Shown here: positions 37,003 through 48,400 of the stretch, piece by piece
Numbering within the stretch: position 1 is the first letter of the stretch
Layout: every line of letters starts with the position of its first letter
Assembly: GCA_011109175.1 (NCBI GenBank)
Contig: RDEW01000004.1
Location: 1,016,030-1,080,029 of the forward strand
Direction: 5' to 3'
Source of the DNA: Dicyema japonicum
Taxonomy: Eukaryota; Animalia; Dicyemida
DNA: 64,000 bases
Position numbers and translations under genes: made by a program
The notes under the pieces: model-generated
Seen by the model: only the letters and a program-made list of their open reading frames with translations
Told to the model about the DNA's origin: nothing
The model's database searches: none

Positions 37003-37280
37003 NNNNNNNNNNNNNNNNNNNNNNNNNNNNNNNNNNNNNNNNNNNNNNNNNNNNNNNNNNNNNNNNNNNNNNNNNNNNNNNNNNNNNNNNNNNNNNNNNN
37101 NNNNNNNNNNNNNNNNNNNNNNNNNNNNNNNNNNNNNNNNNNNNNNNNNNNNNNNNNNNNNNNNNNNNNNNNNNNNNNNNNNNNNNNNNNNNNNNNNNNN
37201 NNNNNNNNNNNNNNNNNNNNNNNNNNNNNNNNNNNNNNNNNNNNNNNNNNNNNNNNNNNNNNNNNNNNNNNNNNNNNNNA
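37003..37280. other. assembly gap (278 N)
   Basis: Run of n. Confidence 1.
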
Positions 37281-37299
37281 ACTGTTCTTTACTTAAATA

Positions 37300-39500
37300 A
37301 AGTGTCCTGCCTATGCGGAGCTATAAATACTATGGCTCTCGTGAAAAGGCTTTAAAACAAAGCAAGAATTTAATATTTTTGTCGTATGTACGCACGTAAA
37401 GGAACGGATGGGGCAAATTTCTAAACTTTGCTTCCATACTCTTCGTGTACCTAATATTAAATGTTTAACTCTTTAAAAAAATTATTTAATTAATGTCTGG
37501 AAATTAATGTCGTCTACATTTTCAGTAAACAAAGCAAGAATTTAATATTATTGTCGTATGTACGCACGTAAAGGAACGGATGGGGCAAATTTCTAAACTT
37601 TGCTTCCATACTCTTCGTGTACCTAATATTAAATGTTTAACTCTTTAAAAAAATTATTTAATTAATGTCTGGAAATTAATGTCGTCTACATTTTCAGGTT
37701 CTATGGAATAAATCGGATAATTTTTCTCTACTACATAGTATTTCGCAGTATCCAAATCATCATATCCATTCTACAATTTTTAATTTATTTATTACCTCAA
37801 TACAACTTAATTTCAGATTTTGATATCGTTTTTGTCATATTTCCATATTCGCTTGGTTACCATTTTGTCACCAGCAATTATTAAATTCTTATACGTTTCG
37901 TCACGTGCATTTAATAATTTGTCGTCTTCACACAGCAAATCCCAGCGATTTCAGACTTCATTGCATCATATACAGTAGTGACATATTCATATGGGACAAA
38001 AAATTATATGGGACGGGACAAAATGCATAAATGGGACAATTTAACAAATCTATTAACAATTGTCAATATTTGCATTTTTTGTGGTCGGTTAGTACAAAAA
38101 GTTAGTACAAAACTCTAGTCGGTTAGTACAAAACTCAAAGTATTTTTTGTAGTAAATTTATATAAATTATTTAACAATTTAAAATTTTTTTTAACAATTA
38201 AACAAATGTCAGTTGAGGAAGCCTGCTGCGTGGATTGCGAACGAGTTCCCTCGGAGTATGGCTATTCCGATCTTTTGTCTTTGCCATTTTTAAATATATT
38301 TCTAATATATGAAACATTTTTTAAAGAATTAAATCAATATTTTTTTATTAACCTTATGACGTCAAACAAGAGAAATGAACTTGATTTTAATATCAAAAAC
38401 AAGAATGCTGAGGAAATCATGGAACAAAAAAGTTTTTATAAAATAATTTCCCAACGATATGGAACTAACAAAACAGTCGTGGGAAGAATAGCTAAGAATT
38501 TAGACAAATATACAAATTTCGATAACAGGCACCTTATCCGGACAAAAAATATTCTATGATTTGGTTTTTTGAACAAGTATTTGATTGGGGTCATTTCGAA
38601 ATTAAGATCGCAGAATGTGCCTCTCAGTTATTCTAACATTAAAGTACTCGCACTTCAATATGCGCAAGAACATGATGATAATTCATTCAAGGGTGGAAAA
38701 CAATGGTTTTCATCATTCAAATGTCATAATATGAAATATAAACAGTTATCTGGAGAAGCTGCAAGTGCTGATCATGAATCTGCATTCATATTTGCAGAAT
38801 CATTTTGTCTAAATCGTGCTTATTCTTCAGACAAGATTTATAACTGTGATTAAACATGCATTTATTTGAGAGGGCAATACAGCTATTCGTATGTACTACA
38901 GTCATCAAATGCAATTAAAAAAATAATTAAAAGTAAATACAAAGCTCAACTTTAACAGAATTAATCTTTGGGAATGTGAAGAAGTTAAATCTATAAAATT
39001 GATAGTATATTTTGGATTAAAGAAGCCGTAAAGTCAATTTATAAAGACACTAATTAATTGTTGGAAAAAAGCTGGTTTGTACTATGAAGAAGTAAATCTT
39101 GACAATATGGTGTTAGAAGATATTGAATTCAATGAACCTTTAGAAAATGAATCTGAAAATGTGAATGAATCAATAATTTTCAATCCCGAAATAACCTTTG
39201 AATAAAGGATTGACCAAAATGATAAACCGTTTTCATTGAAGATTTAAAAGAAATAAGCAAATAATTATATGGGACGATTATTTAAAATACCCCTTTTTTG
39301 TATAAACGTGTCACCACTGTAGTTTAGTTTTTAATTTAGACAAAAGACTACCAAAATGATTTAAATTGTTCTCACCCTAAAATTAATCTAATCGTTTTAA
39401 TTACTTTTATCGATTTGAGTTTCAACTCAATATCTTCAACACAAAAGAATCGTAACTTGCAGTCTTTATTTTTTAATGTTTTCTGAGGTTTCTTTGAAAT
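37300..39500 (-). CDS. unidentified multi-exon gene interrupted by the pogo element
   Basis: Exon-like stretches DCKLRFFCVEDIELKLKSIK / GENNLNHFGSLLSKLKTKL^YDAMKSE..WDLLCEDDKLLNARDETYKNL / NGYDDLDTAKYYVVEKNYPIYSIEPE / FRNLPHPFLYVRTYD. Confidence 0.45.
37355..37697. repeat. 172-bp tandem duplication near the gap
   Basis: 37355-37525 is nearly identical to 37527-37697. Confidence 0.9.
37973..39319 (+). mobile_element. pogo/Tigger-type DNA transposon (deleted and degenerate)
   Basis: TA|CAGTAGTGACATATTCATA ... TATAAACGTGTCACCACTG|TA (15/19 TIR match, TA TSD); CENP-B HTH-type GGKQWFSSFK, LSGEAASAD, IYNCD*. Confidence 0.85.
38187..38285 (-). mobile_element. about 100-bp CRE 3'-end insertion inside pogo
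   Basis: Identical to 49134-49225 over more than 85 bp, with poly-T tail. Confidence 0.85.
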
Positions 39501-39854
39501 TTGCACCAGACCATTTCAGCATGCTAATTTAATTGATTTTATAGATATTTTATTTTTCAATTAATACAATTTGTAAATTCCAATGGTTTTTAAATATTCT
39601 TAATATTTTTAATTCAATCTGTAAACAGTGACGATTTATCAGACTGTGACATAAAATATAGTTAAACATTATTTTAATGATTATTTATTTACTAATATTA
39701 AATTTTACCTTTTTTAGTTATAAGTTATATTAGAACATCCAACTTGACTCAATAGTACGAACATTATATCTGCTTTTGTGAAAACTGTAATCGACTATTG
39801 ACTTTTCCTCCGTCTATCCGGTTGTAATAAAATTTTATCTCCATGGTGATTGAA

Positions 39855-41123
39855 ATGACGTATAAAGAAGTGAGAAGTATGAAGTGTTGTACAATTAAGC
39901 ATTAATCGAAAATCTAAAAATACTTGATTACCCAAGAATAATTTCCTATGAGAATTTCAAAACCTCAAACTTTGAACTAATGTCGGAAATAATAACGTGG
40001 GTGTGTTCAAAGTATATCAATACTGTATTAAGATATGATCCTCTATTTGACATTCCAATACTAATTGAGACTGAATCCGACAGAATTAGTTTTCTGAGAA
40101 GAATAGCCGAATATATCGTAGTTTAGGCGTAATGTTGAGATGTTGAAATTCAATATTCAAATCAACACAAAACGGCTGTACCAGGCTGATGGAAGATGCG
40201 TTAGAGAACTGCTTAAGCCAATTTATGTTTTGTACGAAATCAATAAAAACGTTGAAAATACAAAGTCCTCCAATGTACTCCTTTCTACAAATTTTGTAAT
40301 GATTAAAGTAAAAGTGTTTGTAAAATAAGGCGGACGAAATGAAAAATATCAGGAGCATGGCTTCCTACATAACCAAAATCGGGGCTCGTCTATACGATCT
40401 CTTAAATGAAGAGGTCGAAATGAGGGTGTAGTCTTTATTTATAAGAGACTAAGAGAGATTATGTGAAGGATTCTAATATGAGTTTTGAAGACGCCGAAAT
40501 GAGTCTCAAATCAATAAATAGTGATATTGAGGTAGTTAGCTGATTAATATTAGTCCGACATAAACAAAATGACCTCACTCGTGGCTGATTCGTCGAAGGA
40601 CTACGTCGCCTTAAACGAGAAAATCAGCAAAAAGAAAGCTGAGTTGGAGAGGAGTCGTAAACGATTGGAGACTTTAAAAAACTTCAGGTTAATCAGTGGA
40701 TGACTATTAGACCTGCCTATATGGACGAATTCGAACAGTTGGAGTCGGTTTATTCGGAAATGTATTCGAGTTATGTCACCAAATACTGCAATGTTTTATT
40801 TTTGATGGGAAAATTCGAAATTATAGAAAATAATGTATATTAACTAATATTTGTAGAATCAAAATAAATTATCACTTTTAGAAATCAATAGGCCATACGA
40901 AGGTAATACTTTTTGATTATTAAGAAAACGGAGACACAGACGCCAATCAGGGTACTCTGTTGATATATTTTTAGATAATGAATTTTATAATCAAGTTACG
41001 AAAATTGCTCATTTATAGAACTCGGACGATTCTGACGGAATTTATGAAGATGTGAGTGAAGAAGAGGAAAGTGAAAACCCCAGCAATGATTTGTCTGGAA
41101 AAGACTTGGATAGCGACTTTTAG
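39855..41123 (+). CDS. CLUAP1: clusterin-associated protein 1 / IFT38, multi-exon
   Basis: Spliced MTYKEVRTLIENLKILDYPRIISYENFKTSNFELMSEI..YDP..ETESDRISF..NTKRLYQADGRCVRELLK; IRPAYMDEFEQLE; ends DSDF*. Confidence 0.9.
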
Positions 41124-43449
41124 TTAATATTTCTTTAATATGAACCCTTATCTGTTAATAGATGTGGAGCTTCAAATAGGCTATCTTCCAAGTTTTTTCG
41201 ATTTGAGCAGATTAGATCCTATGTGCATCAACACTTTCTTCCATTGTTCTTTTAGATTCCCATGTCTTCTGAGTCCTTCATGCTCACGAGAAGAAAGACA
41301 AGGGCTTCATTCCTATGACCTTAAATCTCCTAACAAATTAGAGTTGCTAAACGCGATTGAGTGGACATAACTGCCATTAAGTCTGAAAATCAATTACCGT
41401 TATAGTAGAAGAAATTAGTGGTTTAGAGTGGACAAACAAAATTTTCTCTTTGATAATAAGTAGATTCACTCATATGGCAAACAAGGTATGGAGTTTAAGT
41501 AAAAGAATTTGAAAAACTGGTATTTTCAGTACGAATAATTGTTAGTTAGTAACCCCGACCTTGCTACTTTTCAGGAGGCAGGCCATCCCGGGCGTCCAGT
41601 AGCTATTGATTGACAAGCAGGGACATGCCAAAGCTTTCATCTGCCAGGGGCGAGTGTATGATGATGGCCCTATAACAAACTAAAAAATAGGGAAAAAATA
41701 AATAAACTTGACAGGAGCTGATTTGATATCTAAAACCTCAAATAAGTTTGTATATGTTTAACTTTGAAAAAGAACGTTCACAACTAGCAGTTGAGTAGCC
41801 AAAGTCTTCAGCACTGTCAGTAGAACACGGTGATCTTGTCTATGTTGAAAAAACAGAGAGAAAAAAGTGAGCATAGTTATAATGTGAACTCTATAGCTTG
41901 GATCTGCTACCCCCAAAAGCGTGCTGCCCGGGACGGCTCCCCCTGTTGACAAGGACAGGACCCTCATCCAAGAAACCATGGAACAACAAGGGATCTTAAA
42001 AGCTGAGTTGCTGACCAGAATGTATTTGAGGGACAATGTGAAAGTTAATGACGTCAACACTGCCATTTCTGTCATCATCGGGCCAAATGTGTATGTGTGA
42101 GAGTTTGGAGATGGATATGGTGCCTGATTGCATGTGCCGCATGAATTTATGACTTAAAGAGTTTATACGCTTGACCCTGGGAAGAGCGAATCTCCAGGCA
42201 AAAAAATTAAATTATTTCCAAAGACTAAGGATAACCAAACTAACTAAATCCTCAATCCTGACTCGTTCCAGCATTTCAGAACTTGTCACCGAGTAACGAT
42301 GTTGTCCCCAGGGAAGAGTTATTGGATCCTCTTGATACCGGCTAGGCATTAGGCGCCTCCTCAGTAAGGTGGATCAAGTGACGCGATCAGAAGGAAGGAA
42401 AATAATTTTGACAAACTATCGACATAGCACCACGCAATAATTTTCAGAACAGGCATATTCAATTGTCGGCACAACCATTAGATGGAAAGGGGCTCTTCTT
42501 TATTATAGCATTTAGAACGTTCCACTTTCGAAGCCCCTTGGTTAACACTTCCTCCATGTGATCGGAGAACGTCATTAGAGTTAAATGTTACTTAAATATC
42601 TTCTGGTTTCGTGTAGAGGGAATAATAATATTTCCGACGAATACCTCGATTTTACTTTTAAATTTCTTGTCCGTATTGAATATTGTAAACTGAGACTAAG
42701 ATGAAGATACAAACAACAAATTCGTGGATAGCCAGTCACACACCTAGTTGAGTGTGTGGCTTGTCCACCGCCACTGCCCTGGAAGGAGATTTGTCCCCTA
42801 AGATAAAAACATAGTGTCCTGATTTTTGGTTAAGTCATGTATAAATGAGTTAAACACAATATATAAATGAGTTTTCACGATAGGGGAACTTAGTGGGACC
42901 CCATTTGGAGTAATTTTGATTTTGAAGTAGTTTTACTGATTCGGACTCTTCCACGTCGGATAGTTAAGAATTTATTTAGCCATATCATGATGTTCTGAGT
43001 AAAATTTGAATTAAAGATCTTGTTTGTTAAAAGTGTCCCCGAAACCTAGTTGAAGGCTTTCTGTATATCTATAGACACCAGAGCCATCAGTAATTGCGTC
43101 TTCATGTTGAAGCCGTCTGTGATGAACTGGGAGACAAATCCCAAATGAGTCGTTGTATAACGGCCTGATCTGAAGCCATGTTGAAAATCAGGAAATTGTA
43201 AAACAGGGGAGATTAACATTATTACAAGCTTCTCCAACACTTTCGACGAGGTTCAAGTTATGGCGGTAAGAGGATGGAATGTCTTTTGATTTTCCAGGCT
43301 TGAGGATTGGAGTAATCAATGAGTTCTTTCATATGTTTGGTATTGTATGGGAATTTATGGAATGGTTGTATAGTTTTGATAACACAATATGAGCCTGAGG
43401 TTATAGGTGTTTGAGGTGGATAGCACAGACACCGTCGGGGCCACAGGCT

Positions 43450-43757
43450 CGGGTTGGTCGTAGAAATTTAAGGCAAAGGTAACGGTTTTCACTCCGCCGC
43501 CATCTTCCTTTGTGAGGCTGTTGATACTCTTTAGTGTCTTCCAGAAGGTTCCACACAAGTTCTTGTGGCATAGTCAACCAATTAGCCGACTCTATTTGAA
43601 ATTCGGGTTGGTCGTAGAAATTTAAGGCAAAGGTAACGGTTTTCACTCCGCCGCCATCTTCCTTTGTGAGGCTGTTGATACTCTTTAGTGTCTTCCAGAA
43701 GGTTCCACACAAGTTCTTGTGGCATAGTCAACCAATTAGCCGACTCTATTTGAAATT
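43450..43757. repeat. 154-bp perfect tandem duplication inside the LINE
   Basis: 43450-43603 equals 43604-43757. Confidence 0.9.
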
Positions 43758-44025
43758 CTGCGATTTAGAGAGCGTATTGACGATATACAGCCATCTGATT
43801 GCATTCCGGTTTTCGGTGTCTGGCGTCCTGTTTCTTGATAAGCTCCAGGATGCCCGAAGATAGCTACGGATTGAATTTTTTATGTAATAGGATAATGGGA
43901 TGAATAATCTGTCCGCTTTTCGAATAACTGAAGTTAACATCATGGCTGCCTTGTCAACAGGGAAGTCTTCCACAACGAGGCTCGATAGACAATTATCCAC
44001 ATACGTGCTGAATCAAAACCAATTT

Positions 44026-44310
44026 ATTTTATTTATAACCCCGGGATCACCGAAAAGAAAGACAAAGTAAAGTCAACTAGTTAGGTGATACCAGTTCCCG
44101 CAACCAACCGCGCCATCCTAAGCCTGTGCGTCTCCATTGTTCCCACTGTCGAACGGAAATGCCTTCTTTGATCCTTGCAGAGGAAGCCGTTTGGGGAAGG
44201 AAATTTCTTAGCCAACAGATTTTCTTTTGCATGGAACAGTGATAGGCTTAGTGGGTGTCCAGGTGTCCTTGTAGATTCCGTCAGCAGGTCGGTTAGCGCA
44301 AAACCCAAAG
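44026..44310 (-). mobile_element. 285-bp 5'-truncated Vingi 3' end nested in the Vingi element, 12-bp TSD
   Basis: Ends RLVAGTGIT* plus UTR and A-rich tail; CAAAACCAATTT at 44014-44025 and 44311-44322. Confidence 0.85.
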
Positions 44311-45053
44311 CAAAACCAATTTGCCTTCGAATAGTTCTTGAACTTTGTAGAACATTTTGGCAGACAAATAGATCTTTTGAGTTTCGACACAATTGGATTA
44401 TGGTCGCTTGTAAAACCATAACGAATATCCCATGAAAGATATCCAGCAATGGAGGGAGTGCATAATGACAAGTCTGGGGGAGTTGGACTTGTCATCTCTT
44501 CGGATTGGGGTCCTCGTATGGGAATCCGGATTTTTTAGAATAGTTAATTCGTCGAGTATAGGTACTCTCCGCGATTGTCGGCTGATTGTGTCCTGAGCCA
44601 CAGCGGATGTTTGGCACTTGAGTCTCCACATAGTAGCAGATCTTTTAGTTTACACAATCTCAATAGGTAGAAGATATAGGAAGTAGTACATGACCTCTGA
44701 GGTGGGATATAGAGATTGCACAGTGTAAAACATCTCGTCGGAGAAAAGGAAACTTCGATAGAAATCTGTTCCAGAATAAAATACCATTCGCAAAAAGAAG
44801 ATACAAAAGGGGTGACATCTGTAAATTTAAGTCTATCCTTAATAATAGTCAATAATCCTCCTCCGAGACTTCTTGTTAGGTCCCTGCGAATTACACAATA
44901 TCCAGGAAAACAAGGTGTTGGGGACTTTCTAGAGAGGTTCGATTTTTGAATGAGGGGAATTTCTACTTTCAAATGGGATAAGAGGGATCGTAGTTCCAAC
45001 ACTTTATTGCGGATTCCATTTACATTTAATTGTAGAATAATCAGTGTGTCATT

Positions 45054-45113
45054 GGGTCCCGGATTAGGTTCTACATCACCAGACAGAAGTAGTAAAGAGA
45101 AAATGGGGGAATT
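45054..45113 (-). other. 2A (stop-go) ribosomal skipping peptide
   Basis: NSPIFSLLLLSGDVEPNPG|P exactly matches the D(V/I)ExNPG|P consensus, in frame and directly upstream of the APE domain (ORF 44544-45161). Confidence 0.9.
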
Positions 45114-45147
45114 GGTAGGCCACCCGTAGAAGGGTAGGAAAAGTCGA

Positions 45148-45212
45148 CGGTTCTCTTCCATGAAGAACTTTCACTGAGCGCCAGCACAACAACAGGTGAA
45201 CCGCATGACGCA
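45148..45212 (-). ncRNA. candidate HDV-like ribozyme (probably mutated copy)
   Basis: P1 (U)GCGUC/GGCGC(U), P2 CGGUUC/GAACCG, P1.1 UG/CA, P4 (G)UGAA/UUCA(U); P3 weak and U at the predicted catalytic C. Confidence 0.5.
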
Positions 45213-45392
45213 ACACTAATTCTAAAATTGAGCGAACGAATGGACGATTTAGAGTAATCTGATTGCATTTCAGTTTTTAGTACGCTTTAATAATCTTTGA
45301 TAAATATTTTATTTTAATTAATAAATATTTTTATTAATTTTTTAATTTTTGACCATAAATAAATAAGGTCAAATAAAATTCGACATAATTTA

Positions 45393-45927
45393 ATGCTCGC
45401 TATATCTCTAATTTTCCTGTCTTACAATATTCAATCATATTATATTGGTTTCAAAAATTGTGACAGTGCACATGATGTAACAAAAGAAGTCAAATCCATT
45501 AAATTATCGTGCCTTGATAATCGTCAATGTGAGCTAGACGAAGCTAAGTTTTTTAATTTCACTGCTTTCATGAATATCCGTATTTTTATTTAATATTTAG
45601 ACGATATAAAGTCCGAAATCCAAGTCCACGCATTCAATAACGGAGAAATCCTCGAATTGGCATATGAAAGGGTACCAAAGATTTGCCGTTTATTACACGA
45701 CAATTATTATAAGTGCAAAATCAACGCCTACATCTCAGAACCTTTGACGGTATCTATGTTTTGGGGAGTCGTAGGGGGGAACATACACCATAAGGATTCA
45801 ACTTTGGAGAAATTTGGATCTACTTGTCTGTTCTAGTTTTAAAATTGGAAGTAAGGTCAGTCCAAAGTCGGTAATAGTGGCACCAAATGTGCACAGTGAG
45901 GGCCTTGAATTGACGATTGAAGATTAA
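45393..45927 (+). CDS. secreted ML-domain (MD-2/NPC2-like) lipid-binding protein, 3 exons
   Basis: Hydrophobic signal peptide; FKNCDS..VKSIKLSC..QCEL; ICR..YKCKI; GTYTIRIQL..LVCSSF; introns 45580-45600 and 45750-45774. Confidence 0.7.
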
Positions 45928-46774
45928 TTAGCTTGGTTATTTGTTATTGGGTTCATTTGGATTATATTCTCTTTATTTTTGCTAAAGCTTAGGCTGAAAT
46001 ATAGTCCAGAATAGTTTTGAATAGTCAAGCCACGTGCTATAACCTGGACGACTATTATATGTGTTACATCAATCACTGTCGTGTTCATCTGTATATCTAA
46101 GAAATAACATCAATATTCGCCCACGTGTCAAACAAATAATAGCAATCACTTATCTATCTACAAGTGTGGTGTGATTAAGCAGATCAGTTATTTAGTTCTC
46201 CCGACCTCATTAACATTTAGGAGGCAGGCTATCATCAAACGTCAAGCTGATAGTGTTGGGTACGAACAAGTCCCTTAGTGTCGTTGGTGGTCCGGAGAGG
46301 ATTTAATTGATGATATCTCAAACAGGTATGGTGAGGGTAATAAAAACTCTGATCGACCTCAGTAACAAGGATAATCAATGACTAGTCGTAATCTTCTATA
46401 TATAATTTATTGAGTACATTAAAAATGGGATAATAATATTCAAACACGTGCTATGCGTAAAATAATCTTCATTATTAGTCTATAAAATTTAGATGTTTTG
46501 ACTTAAGAGGTGAGCTTAAGATCCTCAAAATAAAGACGGCTACTCACTTTTATCTTTGACCATTTTTGACATTCCACTTTTATCTTTACTCACAGATAAC
46601 TTTCTCCAAAGCTCGGTTCTCTCATTAGCATTATTCAAATTACATCAAAGTTACCGACAGGATTTTTTTAATTTTCTCTATGTTTGTTTTCATGAAATTA
46701 GTTCCCCAAGCAGTTTGTTGATTGACTTATTTTATTTCTTATGTGCTTTCGTTGGGATGAGGAAATGACGACCA

Positions 46775-46838
46775 GGTAACGTAGTGGTTAACTCTATCGC
46801 TGTGTCGCGATCAGTGTGGGTTCAATTCCCACATTTTT
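46775..46838 (+). pseudogene. tRNA-like sequence lacking an acceptor stem, followed by T5
   Basis: D arm TAAC/GTTA, ATCGC-TGTGTC-GCGAT arm, T arm GTGGG-TTCAATT-CCCAC, then TTTTT. Confidence 0.5.
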
Positions 46839-46869
46839 ACCTACTTGGTCGAAGTGTCCCTTTCTGATG

Positions 46870-47250
46870 TTCGCCTTCTTCAATTCCTAGGGAGGTTTAT
46901 GTGATCCACCTCAGTGCTTGACCGGAAAAATCCTTCTCTTAATTAGTCCAGTGGAGGGAGAGTCCCACTCCGACCATGGGAATTGGATTAAACCCCTTTC
47001 AGGCATATTCTGGGTTATTAAAAACGGAACGATGACGTTTTTTAAGAGAAAAACTAAATTTCACGGACCTCATGGTTTCTTTGCCAGCCATCTTCAAGTG
47101 GGACTCAGTGTGGTACGAAAAAGGATCATTTGCACTTCTTTACTCCACTGGAGGATTCCCACAACAAGAAGGACTGGACACTTTCGTTGGTTTTGAATGG
47201 AGGATTCTTTCTACCCTTTGTTTTCTTCCAACTGGTAAGAGCCACCTATC
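46870..47250 (+). repeat. two degenerate copies of the short ribozyme-like family
   Basis: ATGTGATCCACC at about 46898; GTACGAAAAAGGATCATTT...ACTCCACTGGAGG at about 47113-47156. Confidence 0.55.
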
Positions 47251-47745
47251 CAAGTAGACGTCAAGTTCTTAGCCGGCATATAAAAAAATCTCTCTTTGCA
47301 GGTCCATTGAATAGGTTTTCACAATCTCAGAAAAAGGTACGTCTCACTTTAACTTGGGAACTCAGATCAGAGTGGACATTGTCAGGACGATGGCCATTTC
47401 AATACGATGTAAAAATCATCTGCGTTCGTAGTGGTCTCTGAGTCGCCTTACAGTCATATCCCCGATTTCGTCAACGATTCCTTTATCCATTCTCCAACCG
47501 CTATTGTGAAGACGATATGTTAAAACGATCTCCAAGAGTGAGTATTTTCAGCTCGGATGGCCAATGGATTACACATTTGCGACTGAATAAGTAGGTGATG
47601 AATAACCTATAAAATCCTAATTGTCCAATTAATTGCAAACTGTCGTCTTTAATTGTTTAAAACAATGTGTAATTTGTCTGCACAGTACGCTCAACCCATA
47701 AAATATTTAAAATTGTCTGCTTTACTAAAATTCAGTAAATATATA

Positions 47746-48090
47746 ATGAACGACGACTTCGACTGGTTTTACGACAATGAAGAGTCTTTTTTACCCAAAG
47801 ACTTTGACAAGAGTCTTTTAGAGGATACTTCCAATGTACAGTTACCTCCTTTAATGTCATATTTTAATGGACTAAATGACCCTTCATTCACTAATAAAAG
47901 TGAGATTACTAAATTGACCAGCAAAACCCCAAATGGATGTCCTTTGAAGACGTTCGACAGTCTCATTTCTAATAAAATGAATGGAAATGAACGGAAAAAT
48001 ATTAAAAATGTGTCACAACTGCAGTTAAATCAGTGGGCTAGAGAACGGGAACTCATTATTAAGTTATTTCATAATGATGTTTTAATATAA
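47746..48090 (+). CDS. hypothetical protein (114 aa or last exon)
   Basis: Open frame with protein-like composition, followed by AATAAA; no family recognised. Confidence 0.4.
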   Translation: MNDDFDWFYDNEESFLPKDFDKSLLEDTSNVQLPPLMSYFNGLNDPSFTNKSEITKLTSKTPNGCPLKTFDSLISNKMNGNERKNIKNVSQLQLNQWARERELIIKLFHNDVLI

Positions 48091-48179
48091 AGTTTATTAT
48101 TTGGTTTTAATAAATTATTTAAAATTAACAACAAAAAGTCAGGGACTCAAAAGAACGAACAGTCAAAAACACTTTCATC

Positions 48180-48400
48180 GACAGAATAAAAAATTCGCCA
48201 ACGTCGTGCTATGTGGCTAATTGGTTGAAGAAGTTCCTTCTCTTCATACTAGAGTGGCGTCATTTGATCTACCTGTCTCAGGTGACGTCTAGTGCCAGGG
48301 TGGCACGAAAAAGAATAATTTGCTCACCTCCATGCCACTGAAGAATTACAAAACTGCAAGGAATGGACGTCTTTTACCTTTTATGCTAGTTCTGGCGCCA
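48180..48400 (+). repeat. short ribozyme-like element; fold at 48256-48318
   Basis: P1 GGCGUC/GACGUC, P3 ACC/GGU, P4 GUGCCA/UGGCAC fully paired; P2 3' strand degenerate. Confidence 0.7.

Larger units (their letters stand above)
42230..45218 (-). mobile_element. Vingi/Ingi-like LINE, full span about 3 kb (ribozyme-like head, 2A, APE, RT)
   Basis: 2A then QLNVNGIRNK, NLYIPP, CGDSSAKH, PDLSLC, SDHNPI, FQHGFR, SIDIQKAFN, PNGVP. Confidence 0.88.

Noticed and set aside
36807-37355. ORFs spanning X residues
   Set aside because: Artefacts of the N gap
37355-37697. 172-bp duplication as a biological exon duplication
   Set aside because: It lies about 75 bp from a scaffold gap and is most likely an assembly overlap artefact; unverified
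42727-42760. CACACAC/GTGTGTG hairpin as an ncRNA
   Set aside because: It lies within decayed Vingi RT coding sequence; low-complexity chance pairing
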